Shown here one piece after another: positions 17,997 through 27,982 of a DNA stretch of 64,000 nucleotides; position 1 is the stretch's first letter, and the number at the start of each line of letters is the position of its first letter. The stretch comes from an uncultured Gammaproteobacteria bacterium. Its GTDB lineage: Bacteria; Patescibacteriota; Patescibacteriia; S139-126. The stretch covers positions 241,484-305,483 of the forward strand of contig CAZBLW010000001.1 of assembly GCA_964493305.1 (NCBI GenBank), written 5' to 3'. The notes under the pieces are model-generated. The model was not told the origin of the DNA. It ran no database searches and saw only the letters and a list, made by a program, of their open reading frames with translations. Position numbers and translations under genes: made by a program.

Positions 17997-18503
17997 ATGA
18001 AAAAACAATACTGGTTTATTATAATTTTGATTTTAATACTAATAGGTATTAGCGTTTGGCGTTTTTCTACCCCGGAAGATAGTTGGGTTTGTGAAAATGG
18101 TACTTGGGTTAGGCATGGTCAGCCGGCTGATCCGGCTCCCGTAACCGGTTGTGGAGATGAGCCGGTAGCTTTGCCTGAGGATTTACAAATATTTTCCCCC
18201 CAAGCCAATGAAGTAATAACTAGCCCCTTAACTATTACTGGTCAAGCTCGGGGTGGTTGGTATTTTGAAGCAGTCTTTCCCGTGCAAATAACTACAGTTC
18301 ACGGATTGGTTTTAGGCAATACTAGCGCTCGCGCTGAAAGCGATTGGATGACCAATGATTTTGTTCCGTTTTCAGCTACTTTAGATTTTGTATTACCAAC
18401 GGACGTTGATCAAGGAGAAATTATTTTTGAAAAAGCCAACCCCTCCGGTTTACCTGAACACGGCGCTGAATATCGTTTACCCATTAAATTTAAAATTGAT
18501 TAG
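17997..18503 (+). CDS. Secreted Gmad2 Ig-like domain protein
   Basis: Signal peptide; ITGQARGGWYFEAVFPVQI...FVPFSATL pattern of Gmad2/GerM-type Ig-like domains. Confidence 0.5.
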   Translation: MKKQYWFIIILILILIGISVWRFSTPEDSWVCENGTWVRHGQPADPAPVTGCGDEPVALPEDLQIFSPQANEVITSPLTITGQARGGWYFEAVFPVQITTVHGLVLGNTSARAESDWMTNDFVPFSATLDFVLPTDVDQGEIIFEKANPSGLPEHGAEYRLPIKFKID

Positions 18504-18505
18504 GT

Positions 18506-19030
18506 ATGGATATTATTTCCCACGGGCTTTGGGGTGGAATTGCTTTTGGTCGGCAACGAAAAAGCCATTATTATTTAGCGGTTCTTTTTGGTTTAGCGCC
18601 TGATCTATTATCTTTTGGAATTTTTACCATTCTGGTTTGGTTGGGACTAGCACAGGGTGTTGATTGGTCAAATGGCGTGCCACCAATGAGCGCTATACCC
18701 AATTATGTTCACCAACTTTATAATCTTACCCATAGTTTATTAGTAGCAATTTTTGTGATTGGATTGTTTATCTTAGTAACTAAAGGTAAAGTTTGGTTTA
18801 TGTTAGCTTGGCCGTTACATATAATTTTAGATATTTTTACCCATAGTACTGAATTTTTTCCCACACCTTGGTTGTGGCCGGTGGCTGATTACTATATCAA
18901 TGGCATAGCTTGGAGTACACCTTGGGTATTTATGCTTAACTGGATTTTATTGCTAATCGCATATTTACTGTTTGCTGGTTATAAAATTTTTAAAAAAACT
19001 AATCATGAAAAATTACGCCAAAGTCGGTAA
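18506..19030 (+). CDS. Membrane-bound metal-dependent hydrolase-like protein (DUF457/YdjM-like)
   Basis: Polytopic ORF starting MDIISHGLWG with multiple His/Asp in loops. Confidence 0.4.
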   Translation: MDIISHGLWGGIAFGRQRKSHYYLAVLFGLAPDLLSFGIFTILVWLGLAQGVDWSNGVPPMSAIPNYVHQLYNLTHSLLVAIFVIGLFILVTKGKVWFMLAWPLHIILDIFTHSTEFFPTPWLWPVADYYINGIAWSTPWVFMLNWILLLIAYLLFAGYKIFKKTNHEKLRQSR

Positions 19031-19118
19031 GAGAAAAATGCGTCCAGCTTTTCGTACACCCGCCAGTTACCGTTTTAGGTCTAGTTTAAAAAAACGATCT
19101 TATCCTAAATAATTATTT

Positions 19119-19874
19119 ATGCCAGTCAATAAATTTAGAAAGAAAAATTTATTTGCCACAAATAGTCAGGAACCATTTAAATTGTCCCGATCAAAACTGG
19201 AATTATTTATTGAGTGCCCACGTTGTTTTTATTTGGATAGAAAATTAGGCGTTTCTAGGCCGGCTTCATTTCCGTTTACATTAAACAATGCCGTTGATGT
19301 TTTGTTGAAAAAAGAGTTTGACATTCATCGAGTTAAGAACCAAGCGCATCCCATGATGGCTGCTTATCATATTGCCGCAGTCCCTTTTGATCATCCCAAC
19401 ATGGATAAGTGGCGCCATAATTTTACTGGCATTCAATACTTAGATAAGTCTAAAAATCTTCTCATTTACGGGGCGATTGATGATGTTTGGATCAACCAAC
19501 AGCAGGAGCTGATGATTGTTGATTACAAAGCTACTGCTACTGACGGTGAGATTACTCTAGACACTGATTATCGCCAAGGTTATAAACGCCAAATGGAAAT
19601 TTACCAATGGTTGTTTCGTCAGAATGGTTTCAAGGTTTCTCAGACTGGTTATTTTGTCTATGCCAATGGCCAAAAAGACAGACAGGCCTTTGATGGTCGG
19701 TTAGATTTCACTGTTGAGATAATTCCTTATCAAGGAGATGACAGTTGGGTAAGCGGCACTATTGATCAGGCATACCAATGTTTGGTAGGTAAAATTATAC
19801 CACCAGCATCTTCAACCTGTAGTTATTGCCAGTATCGTCAATCAGCCCACCAGGTGGAAAAAGAAAAACCCTGA
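19119..19874 (+). CDS. PD-(D/E)XK nuclease superfamily protein, Cas4/RecB-like with 4 Cys
   Basis: IDDVW...ELMIVDYKATA (D...E.K) core, N-terminal CPRC and C-terminal CSYC cysteines. No CRISPR or cas genes in the window. Confidence 0.6.
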   Translation: MPVNKFRKKNLFATNSQEPFKLSRSKLELFIECPRCFYLDRKLGVSRPASFPFTLNNAVDVLLKKEFDIHRVKNQAHPMMAAYHIAAVPFDHPNMDKWRHNFTGIQYLDKSKNLLIYGAIDDVWINQQQELMIVDYKATATDGEITLDTDYRQGYKRQMEIYQWLFRQNGFKVSQTGYFVYANGQKDRQAFDGRLDFTVEIIPYQGDDSWVSGTIDQAYQCLVGKIIPPASSTCSYCQYRQSAHQVEKEKP

Positions 19875-19895
19875 AATGATTTCAGGGTTTATTTT
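19867..19895 (+). terminator. Intrinsic terminator (AACCCTGAAA-TGA-TTTCAGGGTT + T-run)
   Basis: Read directly. Confidence 0.6.
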
Positions 19896-20242
19896 TAAGT
19901 AGAGATTTAATTTAAATTGAATTCACATTCACGGGCAGCAATATTTTGTGGATACTGCGGTTCAGATGTTTGAGTTTTTATATTAGTTAAGTCCAGTTTA
20001 TTTAATTTTGTTTGTTTTTTGTTTTTTTTAATTGGTGTGTAAAAAGAAAAAAACAATACTAGTCCAACAACTGGAAACCAAAAAAGTTTTTTGTGATTCA
20101 TTTCATCTCCTTAAATTTTGGAAGTTATTAAAGAATTAATTATCTATTATTGTATATTTTTTTAGATTTGTCAATAGTAATCAGTTGCTGATTTCAATAT
20201 TTATGGGAACAAGCTATAATATAAATAATAATTAATACAAAT

Positions 20243-20725
20243 ATGAAAAACATTAAATTATTGCAAGGTACGCAAATATTTTTATTGGCGGCCGGTTCTC
20301 TTTATGCCTGGTATATTATTATCCGAGAATTTATTAATTTTTACGCCAATGAAGGCACGATTTTTAAAGTTACCAATTGTATTTATACCAATCCGGTAAC
20401 CACACCTTGTTTTTATGGGGGTTTAGGTTTTTTGGTAGCACTAAGTTGGGCCTGGTATATTTGGTCCATAACCGACCAAGTTAAAGATTTAACCATGAGA
20501 ATTTGGCATACTTGGTTTGTATTAGGCTGTACAATTTTTGCTTGGAGTATAGTTTCTTGGGAATGGTGGCAAATAAAACAAGCTGCCGGTCAGCCCGTAG
20601 CCGGTTGCAGTGGACTCATGACTTCAATTTTTGATTCTTCTTGTTTGTATGGAGCCAGTTTTTTCTTATTGTCATTACTGACGGGGTGGTATATTTTAAA
20701 TATTCAGAAAAAGAAGACTAGTTGA
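20243..20725 (+). CDS. Hypothetical membrane protein with two conserved-looking Cys pairs
   Basis: 4 TM; cysteine pairs C..(11)..C and C..(12)..C in extracytoplasmic loops, W-rich. Confidence 0.4.
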   Translation: MKNIKLLQGTQIFLLAAGSLYAWYIIIREFINFYANEGTIFKVTNCIYTNPVTTPCFYGGLGFLVALSWAWYIWSITDQVKDLTMRIWHTWFVLGCTIFAWSIVSWEWWQIKQAAGQPVAGCSGLMTSIFDSSCLYGASFFLLSLLTGWYILNIQKKKTS

Positions 20726-21120
20726 GAAATCTTAAATATATGCACGGCCATCGTCGCAACCTAATTTTACTAAGCATCTATGTGGTCTTAGCTTTTAGTT
20801 TGTTGTTTAGTTTGGTTTATTTTATTTGGCATTCAACAACAGAAAAAACAAATCCGCAAAATTTTCCTTTGCATCAGTTGGAAAAGTATTTTATTACCGC
20901 TACTGTCCAACAAGTCCATGTCACCGCCCGTGCCTTAGTGGTTGATTATCAAACTAGTACCGGTGTAATCGTCGGTTTACTGCCCGAAGCAAAGTTGTAT
21001 GATAAAAATAAAAAAGAGATAGCACTAAACGATTTAACTGTTGGTAGTAGAGTCAGAATCGAAGTAAAATTTATTGGTACCAATTCTATTTTAGCTGGCA
21101 ATATTTATTTAGTGGATTGA
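20722..21120 (+). CDS. Hypothetical membrane-anchored protein
   Basis: N-terminal TM then soluble domain; start overlaps previous stop. Confidence 0.4.
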   Translation: MRNLKYMHGHRRNLILLSIYVVLAFSLLFSLVYFIWHSTTEKTNPQNFPLHQLEKYFITATVQQVHVTARALVVDYQTSTGVIVGLLPEAKLYDKNKKEIALNDLTVGSRVRIEVKFIGTNSILAGNIYLVD

Positions 21121-21692
21121 ATTTTTTTAAGACCAATAAAATAAATTTCTTTACTGTTTAAGCGACTGGCGTGGGGTTTAAAACGATGGCAACGTAAAAA
21201 AGATTTTTTTATTTGCTGGAAGAAAATTTCCGCTTCTGGACTCATAAATATTTTAGTACAAAAATTACCCCCCGGTACCAATTTTTGTTGGGCAATTTTA
21301 TAAGCTTGTTCAGCTAATTGCAGCGAACGACTACTATCAGTCAAACTGATGCCGCTGGTAGCTGGAGCAGCATCAGACAATATTACCTCAAATGATTGGG
21401 GAAGAGACTTCAGTAGTTGTGGAGAAAAAATATCATGCTGAATTATTTTTAAATTAGGGAGCTTCAAATGCTCAATCGGACTAATATCAACTCCTACCAC
21501 CAGTCCTTTGGGGCCAACAACCTTAGCACAATACTGCAACCAAGAGCCAGGCGCTGCTCCCAGGTCTAATACTTTTTGACCTGTTTTAAATAAGGAATAT
21601 TTTTGGTTTAATTCATCTAGTTTGTAGACCGCCCGGGAGCGAAAGCCTTCGGCTTTGGCTTTTTGGGCAAATTTATCATTAGGTTGGTACAT
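21105..21692 (-). CDS. rlmE: 23S rRNA (uridine-2'-O)-methyltransferase RlmE/FtsJ
   Basis: FRSRAVYKLDEL...VLDLGAAPGSW...VVGVDISP motifs. The internal Met (MYQPNDKF...) is used as start; the longer ORF-track extension to 21989 overlaps the divergent gene. Confidence 0.85.
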   Translation of the reverse strand: MYQPNDKFAQKAKAEGFRSRAVYKLDELNQKYSLFKTGQKVLDLGAAPGSWLQYCAKVVGPKGLVVGVDISPIEHLKLPNLKIIQHDIFSPQLLKSLPQSFEVILSDAAPATSGISLTDSSRSLQLAEQAYKIAQQKLVPGGNFCTKIFMSPEAEIFFQQIKKSFLRCHRFKPHASRLNSKEIYFIGLKKIQSTK

Positions 21693-21741
21693 AGAAAATC
21701 GCGTGTTATAATAAATATATAATATCTTATTTTTCTTAGTT

Positions 21742-22290
21742 ATGAAATTGGTAATAATCTTTGGACCGCCGGCTGTTGGTAAATTGACAGTTGGCAGAGA
21801 ATTGGCTAAAAAGTGTGGCTTTAGAATTTTACATAAACAAGAGATTTTTGATTTGCTTGATGATTTTTTCTTTTTTGGAACTGCCGAATATCGCCAAGCT
21901 GATGAGGGAATTAGAGAATTGATTATCAAAACCGCAGTCAAACAAAAACATTTGTCTGGACTGATTATGACTTTTGTCTGGGCATTCAATGATCAGCGCG
22001 ATATGGATTTTATGAAACGAGTTTTACAATTGGCTAAAAAAAATAAAATCGAAGTATATTTTGTTGAATTACAATCCAGTGAATCAGAGCGCAAAGCTAG
22101 GGTAACTAGTGAAACCAGAAAAGAAATGAACAAAGTAGCCACCATCAAAGGTTTGGCAGCCTTGGAAAAAGACAAAGATTTTAGTTCTGATGTTGATTAT
22201 TTTGTTGATAAAAATTATTTAAAATTGGACAACACTGTTCTTAGCGCAGAAAAATGTGCAGAATTAATTACTGAACATTTTAAATTTTAA
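21742..22290 (+). CDS. P-loop NTPase, small kinase-like (AAA/adenylate-kinase-like fold)
   Basis: Walker A GPPAVGKLT at the N-terminus; 182 aa. Confidence 0.55.
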   Translation: MKLVIIFGPPAVGKLTVGRELAKKCGFRILHKQEIFDLLDDFFFFGTAEYRQADEGIRELIIKTAVKQKHLSGLIMTFVWAFNDQRDMDFMKRVLQLAKKNKIEVYFVELQSSESERKARVTSETRKEMNKVATIKGLAALEKDKDFSSDVDYFVDKNYLKLDNTVLSAEKCAELITEHFKF

Positions 22291-22298
22291 ATTGTTTT

Positions 22299-22916
22299 AT
22301 GTTAGATATAACTACCAGTATTTTCTTTTTTTTAATAATTATTGCCTCAGCGATAATTCACGAGTACATGCACGGTTGGGCAGCCGAACGTTTGGGGGAT
22401 AATACTGCCCGGCAAGCTGGTCGCTTGACTCTCAATCCTATACCGCATATTGATCCGATGGGAACAATTTTTGTACCTCTTTTATTACTATTAATACAGA
22501 GTAATTTTTTGATTGGCTGGGCTAAACCAGTACCTTATAATCCGTTTAATTTAAGGAATCGTCGTTGGGGCGAAGCACTGGTGGCAGCGGCTGGACCGGC
22601 AGTTAATTTATTTATTGCTGTTGTGTTAGGTTTGATAATTAGGTTGGCACCACCCTCCATTTTTACTGCTTTTTTATCTAAAATTGTATTTTTAAACATA
22701 TTATTGGCCATATTTAATCTAGTACCAATTCCACCACTGGATGGATCAAAAATTTTATTTTCTTTATTACCTGACAATAAATTTTGGTGGCGGTTTAAAA
22801 TAAATGTCGAACGTTATGGCATGGTCTTGGTCTTATTATTTGTCTTTTTTTTATGGTCAGCGATTGCTCCGGTGATTCAAAGTTTATATCAACTATTGGT
22901 GGGTAGTAATTTTTAA
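22299..22916 (+). CDS. Site-2 protease family (M50) zinc metalloprotease, short form
   Basis: HEYMHGWAAERLGD (HExxH in TM1) and a second conserved Asp-containing motif; polytopic. Confidence 0.75.
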   Translation: MLDITTSIFFFLIIIASAIIHEYMHGWAAERLGDNTARQAGRLTLNPIPHIDPMGTIFVPLLLLLIQSNFLIGWAKPVPYNPFNLRNRRWGEALVAAAGPAVNLFIAVVLGLIIRLAPPSIFTAFLSKIVFLNILLAIFNLVPIPPLDGSKILFSLLPDNKFWWRFKINVERYGMVLVLLFVFFLWSAIAPVIQSLYQLLVGSNF

Positions 22917-22975
22917 TTGAAAAAAAAGTAATTTTTGGTTATTTTTAATAAGTAGAAGTTTAAATTTTCATTTTT

Positions 22976-24643
22976 ATGAGTGCTGATAAAGAGAAGAAAA
23001 TTTCATCATTTTTGGCTTGGTCAGGAATTGTTTTTACTTTTGTTTTTGCTTTATTTTGTATTTTAGTTACGTTTATTCCCAGTACCCGCAGTGCTCTCAA
23101 TGACAATATTTCCGGTTGGAGTTGGTCACCACTACTCAGTGGCACCTTAGGTAGTTACACTGGTTCTGGTTTTGGATTAGTATCTTTCAATGATTGTTAC
23201 TGCACCGTAGCCAGATCAGGACTAATTTGCGGTTTTTTACCCGATGTACCCTGTGTCAGTGATAAGGGCTTAGGTTTTGCTCCTTATGGTTTGCGGGTTG
23301 ATTTACAAACCAGGCAAATTACTGGTTGGGTGTGGAGTCAGGGAGTAGGTTGGATTTGTTTTGGTGATAGTTGCCGTAGTGATGGAGCTGGTCGAGATCA
23401 TACTACTGATTTCAAGGGTGATGTATGGGAACCAACCAACCCCAATTTAACCGTTACTTATCCGGCTGATCAAAATCCAGCGCCAATTTCCGGTTGGGCC
23501 AAAATTATCAGTTGGGAGCGTTTGGGTGACGGTCAGCTAGCTTGGATTTCCCTGCGGGGAGAAACCACCGATGACGGATCTGCCTATGGACTGCGTTTTT
23601 CTACCAGCACTTTAGAGATCAGAGGTCTAGGTTGGAGTGGTATGAGTATAAATAATTGGTATGATCCCGCTACACCTTTAAATGGCGCTTTGCCTTATGC
23701 TGGCTACGGTTGGTTTTGTATCAATGAAGAATACACCGGTCCGCCCAATCCAATTTTTACCAATCGGGGACTTTGTCCTAGTACCGGAGTACAAATAGCT
23801 GTGCCTTATGTGCAAACAGTTGATGGCGATGTGTATTCGCAAACCAATATCTCACCCGACCTAGCAGCGCCCAGCGGTCATTATAATGCTACCTATTTGA
23901 TTATGGCTGGTGGTAATATTCAAAATTTTAGTAGTGAAGAAATAGATTCTACCTTTAATCCGGGTGAATATTCTTTGTCCAATTTTCCTTATAATATTTC
24001 TTTACCCAAAGCCAGTAGTAATTTTTTCAATGTCCTGGGTTATTTGGATATTCCAGGAATTTCTTATAATGGCGCCAATAAATACGGCGGAGTTTATTAT
24101 ATCAGCGGCAACTGGCCAATCAATGGTGATATAACTTATCCCAATACTAGATATATTATTGATAATGGTGATTTAACTATTGGTTCAGCTTCAGGTGATC
24201 CTGGTACCACTAGATACACCAGAGGAAATACCACTTTTGTAGTTGATGGTGATTTATATATTGTCAAAAATATTACTTATGCTCAAACCGCAGTAACTGA
24301 TTTTAGAGATTTACCGTCTGTAGCCTATATTGTCAGAGGTGATGTTCATATTTCGCCGGGTGTGACTGAGGTAGCTGGTAATTTTATAGTATTGGGTGCT
24401 GATGGCGTAAATTGTGATGCCGTACATTGTGGGACGATTTATACTGGCAACAGTGAAAATCCTCTGGTAGTGAACGGCATTATGATGGCTAAAAAATTTG
24501 TTTTTGAAAGAAAATATGCCACTGTTTTAAATCAAGCCTCCGAACAGGTAATTTATGATGGGCGTTTGCTTATCAATACACCCCCAGGTTTACAGGACTT
24601 TGCCAAGGGACTGCCGATTTGGTCAGAAGTCGCTCCTAAATGA
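22976..24643 (+). CDS. Large secreted/cell-surface protein (555 aa), G/W/Y/T-rich, heading the pilus locus
   Basis: N-terminal TM/signal anchor, low-complexity beta-rich sequence; no family recognised. Confidence 0.5.
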   Translation: MSADKEKKISSFLAWSGIVFTFVFALFCILVTFIPSTRSALNDNISGWSWSPLLSGTLGSYTGSGFGLVSFNDCYCTVARSGLICGFLPDVPCVSDKGLGFAPYGLRVDLQTRQITGWVWSQGVGWICFGDSCRSDGAGRDHTTDFKGDVWEPTNPNLTVTYPADQNPAPISGWAKIISWERLGDGQLAWISLRGETTDDGSAYGLRFSTSTLEIRGLGWSGMSINNWYDPATPLNGALPYAGYGWFCINEEYTGPPNPIFTNRGLCPSTGVQIAVPYVQTVDGDVYSQTNISPDLAAPSGHYNATYLIMAGGNIQNFSSEEIDSTFNPGEYSLSNFPYNISLPKASSNFFNVLGYLDIPGISYNGANKYGGVYYISGNWPINGDITYPNTRYIIDNGDLTIGSASGDPGTTRYTRGNTTFVVDGDLYIVKNITYAQTAVTDFRDLPSVAYIVRGDVHISPGVTEVAGNFIVLGADGVNCDAVHCGTIYTGNSENPLVVNGIMMAKKFVFERKYATVLNQASEQVIYDGRLLINTPPGLQDFAKGLPIWSEVAPK

Positions 24644-24699
24644 TTTCATAAAAATTAAAAAATATGGTATAATTTAGTTCAAGAAACCATTATTATTTC

Positions 24700-25851
24700 A
24701 TGCCATTTTTTAACAAAAAATCTAAAAGTTATATTGGTGTTGATTTGGGTACGGCGGGGATAAAAATTGTTGAGCTCGCTAATGCCAAGGGGCACGCTAA
24801 ACTGCTTACCTACGGGATAGTTGAGAGTAGTGGCGATATTGTCCGTTCCAATGCTCCAGAAACCGTCAATAAAGTCGTGGAATTGTTGCAGGATATTACT
24901 AAAAAATCCCGAGTAACTACGGATTTAGCCGTGGCAGCTTTGCCGGCTTTTTCAGTTTTTAGCTCGATTTTGTCATTACCACCCATGCCCAAAAGTGATC
25001 TCGCTCAAGCCGTCAAATGGGAAGCAAAAAAGTTCGTTCCTATGCCCCTGGATGAAATGATTTTAGATTGGAAGTTATTGCGCCAAGTTTCTGAGGTGTC
25101 AAATGAAGAAACGGCACCAGAAAATAAAGCAAATAATGAACAAAATATTGATTTAGTGGAAAATAATACAGAGGACAAAAAAAGTGATAAGCGTCAAGAA
25201 ATAAACAGTAAACAAAATTATCGCGTACTAATCACCGCTGCACCAAAAAATTTAGTTGCTCGTTATTTGGAAATTTTCAAAAAAGCCGGTTTAAAATTGA
25301 TCAGTTTAGAAACAGAATCATTTGCCCTGGCTCGTAGTTTATTTTTTGGTTCTAAATTGCCGATTATGATAATTGATATTGGTTCTTTGACTACAGCCAT
25401 CAGTATTGTCGAAGACGGTGTACCTATTTTAAATCGTAGTTTAGATGTGGGTGGAGCCACTCTTACTCAAGCCATTGCCACCAGTTTAAATATTGATCGT
25501 AGAAGGGCAGAACAGTTTAAACGTGATATCGGTATAGCCCAAACCAATGCTGCTAGCGGTATACCCAAGGTAATTGAAAGAGCTCTAAATCCGGTGGTCA
25601 ATGAAGTAAAATATTCGCTTAATTTATATCAGAGTCAAACCGCCATCAGCGTGGAAAAAGCAATCTTGATTGGTGGTAGTGCCTTTTTACCAAATTTAAC
25701 TGATTATTTATCCCAAGTGCTAAATTTAAATGTTTTTGTCGGTGATCCCTGGTTTCGCGTGTCCTATCCCGAAGATTTAAAATTAGTCTTGGAAGAGGTT
25801 GGTCCCAGATTGGCAGTAGCCACCGGACTAGCTATGCGCGATATTGATTAA
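24700..25851 (+). CDS. pilM: Type IV pilus assembly protein PilM (actin-like ATPase)
   Basis: SYIGVDLGTAGIKIVEL N-terminus and actin-fold motifs, with a K/E-rich insertion. Confidence 0.75.
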   Translation: MPFFNKKSKSYIGVDLGTAGIKIVELANAKGHAKLLTYGIVESSGDIVRSNAPETVNKVVELLQDITKKSRVTTDLAVAALPAFSVFSSILSLPPMPKSDLAQAVKWEAKKFVPMPLDEMILDWKLLRQVSEVSNEETAPENKANNEQNIDLVENNTEDKKSDKRQEINSKQNYRVLITAAPKNLVARYLEIFKKAGLKLISLETESFALARSLFFGSKLPIMIIDIGSLTTAISIVEDGVPILNRSLDVGGATLTQAIATSLNIDRRRAEQFKRDIGIAQTNAASGIPKVIERALNPVVNEVKYSLNLYQSQTAISVEKAILIGGSAFLPNLTDYLSQVLNLNVFVGDPWFRVSYPEDLKLVLEEVGPRLAVATGLAMRDID

Positions 25852-27070
25852 GATTATGTTTGAGAATAATCAACCCAACAATCAAAACGGCAACTTAGAG
25901 AAAGATATCAATTTGTTGCCAGAAAAAATGAGATCAAAAACCCCACCTCGTCCGGTTAGTAGTGGACCAGAACAACCTCGTTATACCAACCCAGTAGGTA
26001 GTAACAATCCAGTCACTTATCAGCAGTTATCATGGTGGCAGAAGTTGATTGGTAAATTAAAAGGTGGTAGTAATGCCAATCTTAGTAGTCCAGTCAGTCG
26101 AGGACAAAACCAAACAACACCTTTGCAAAAGTTGTATGCGCAAACTACCCGGCCAGATCAAGGTAGTAAACCAGTCTATCCAACTAACCCACCCGCTAAT
26201 CCATCTGTAGATATTTCACCAACCACCCAAGTCACTCCGTCACCAAAACCACCCAGTAACAATTTTCCTAGCAGTCAACCGCCAAGTACCGACAAACCTT
26301 TGAGTATGCTGGAAAAAATTGATCAACAACTACAAAAAGGATTACATCTGGGTGAAGATATAAATCAAAATGATGATCAGTACGGAGTAAATTTGATACC
26401 TTCAGACATGGTATCAGAGGTCAATGAACGGAAAATTTTATTTACTTTACTGTATACAGTGATTATTAGTGCGGTAATTTTGGCCGGTGGTTATATTACT
26501 ATTCAGTTTATACAATTACAGGAAGCTAAGAAAATACAAAAATTACAACAAGACATTCAACAAGCGGAAAATGAATTTATTGCCAAATCCGATGATTTGA
26601 AAGCTTTGATAAATTATCAACAAACTTATGACAATATCAGTTTGTTGTTGGATAGTCATATTTATTGGGATAAGTTGTTTAGCTTTTTAGAACAAAATGT
26701 AGCTGACGATGTTTATTTTTTAAATGTTACCGCTGACAGAAATGGTACGGTCAGTATGAGTTTGGTAGCTAAGAGCTATGAAGCTTTAGCCAATCAATAC
26801 CTAATTTTCAAACAAGCCCCAGAAGTGGTATCGATCAATATCAGTAACGCAGTTTTAAGTGAAGACGCTCAAGCCAGTCAAGCACCAGGCGCTTTATCTT
26901 TACTTGAACCTTTGTCAGATTTATCAACTCAAGCAAGTTCAACTGCTAGCTCAACCGCTAGTACTTATGCTGATTTACGAGCTATGATACTTGATTATTA
27001 TGAGACTATGCCGGTTAGTTCTCAAGTCAGCTTAGTATTGGATACCAATATTTTTTATCGAGACAAATAA
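25844..27070 (+). CDS. PilN-like bitopic pilus assembly protein with Pro-rich N-terminal extension
   Basis: Single TM followed by coiled-coil/periplasmic domain, positioned between pilM and pilO-like. Confidence 0.45.
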   Translation: MIKIMFENNQPNNQNGNLEKDINLLPEKMRSKTPPRPVSSGPEQPRYTNPVGSNNPVTYQQLSWWQKLIGKLKGGSNANLSSPVSRGQNQTTPLQKLYAQTTRPDQGSKPVYPTNPPANPSVDISPTTQVTPSPKPPSNNFPSSQPPSTDKPLSMLEKIDQQLQKGLHLGEDINQNDDQYGVNLIPSDMVSEVNERKILFTLLYTVIISAVILAGGYITIQFIQLQEAKKIQKLQQDIQQAENEFIAKSDDLKALINYQQTYDNISLLLDSHIYWDKLFSFLEQNVADDVYFLNVTADRNGTVSMSLVAKSYEALANQYLIFKQAPEVVSINISNAVLSEDAQASQAPGALSLLEPLSDLSTQASSTASSTASTYADLRAMILDYYETMPVSSQVSLVLDTNIFYRDK

Positions 27071-27073
27071 TTT

Positions 27074-27697
27074 ATGCCCATCGAACAGAAAAAGAACAAT
27101 ATTTTTATGAAGCTTTTATCCCGTTATATTTATTGGGTAGCGGCTTTGTTGGGTATTGCTTTATTGGCGGTTGGTTATATTTTTCTGTTGCAACCGAAAA
27201 TATTTGAACATCGCGACAATCCTGAACTGACTTTAGAATACCAGCAGTCAGTACTGGACCAGCGACAACAAAAAGTTAAACAACTTAACAATCTAATTAC
27301 TGATTATAAAAGATTACCCGCCAGTCATTTTGCCAAAATCAACGAGCTTTTACCCAGTGCCAATGAAGCCCCAGTTTTATTTACGCATTTGTCAGGTTTA
27401 GCTAAGGCCAATGATTCGGTTTTACTCAATGCCTCAGCTAGTGAATTGGGTGATAAAGATTTAATCACATTGTTGGTGACGGAAGGTGTAACTGCCCCCA
27501 AAGATTTGCGAGTAGTGGAAGTGAACGCAGATTTTTTGGGCAAAGTTGGCAATGATAGTTATAGTTATTTTAAACAGTTGGTAAGTGCTCTCGAAAAAAA
27601 TATTAGACTATTTGATATTCAGTATATTAGTTTTTCACCGGAGTTAGCTAATTTTTCCTTTACCGCCAGAACCTATTATTTGAATAGCCATGAATAA
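27074..27697 (+). CDS. PilO-like bitopic pilus assembly protein
   Basis: N-terminal TM plus coiled coil; synteny. Confidence 0.45.
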   Translation: MPIEQKKNNIFMKLLSRYIYWVAALLGIALLAVGYIFLLQPKIFEHRDNPELTLEYQQSVLDQRQQKVKQLNNLITDYKRLPASHFAKINELLPSANEAPVLFTHLSGLAKANDSVLLNASASELGDKDLITLLVTEGVTAPKDLRVVEVNADFLGKVGNDSYSYFKQLVSALEKNIRLFDIQYISFSPELANFSFTARTYYLNSHE

Positions 27698-27980
27698 ACA
27701 AAAAAAGAAAAATATAATAATGCTATCAGTTTTAGCGGTTGTTGCTGCTATCACTGGTTGGGTATTATTTGGACCAAGTGGTAGTGATACCAGTATAACT
27801 GATATTTTTACCACGCCAGTAAATACTAGTCCGGTGGAAACACAAAAATTACCCAGCAAACAAATTTTTGATGAGGGCTTGGAACAAGATCAACGTTTTC
27901 GTGAGTTGGAAGATATGAGAGATTATGTACCAAATACCACTTCAAAAAGTAGAGCTAATCCTTTTGCTCCAATTCGTTAA
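27690..27980 (+). CDS. Small membrane-anchored protein (possible PilP-like)
   Basis: 96 aa, N-terminal TM; position in the pilMNOP slot. Confidence 0.3.
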   Translation: MNKQKKKNIIMLSVLAVVAAITGWVLFGPSGSDTSITDIFTTPVNTSPVETQKLPSKQIFDEGLEQDQRFRELEDMRDYVPNTTSKSRANPFAPIR

Positions 27981-27982
27981 CT

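Noticed and set aside
21693-21989. Long N-terminal extension of rlmE (294-aa ORF)
   Set aside because: The extension overlaps the divergent P-loop gene and is K/S-rich low complexity. The conserved FtsJ domain starts right after the internal Met at 21692.
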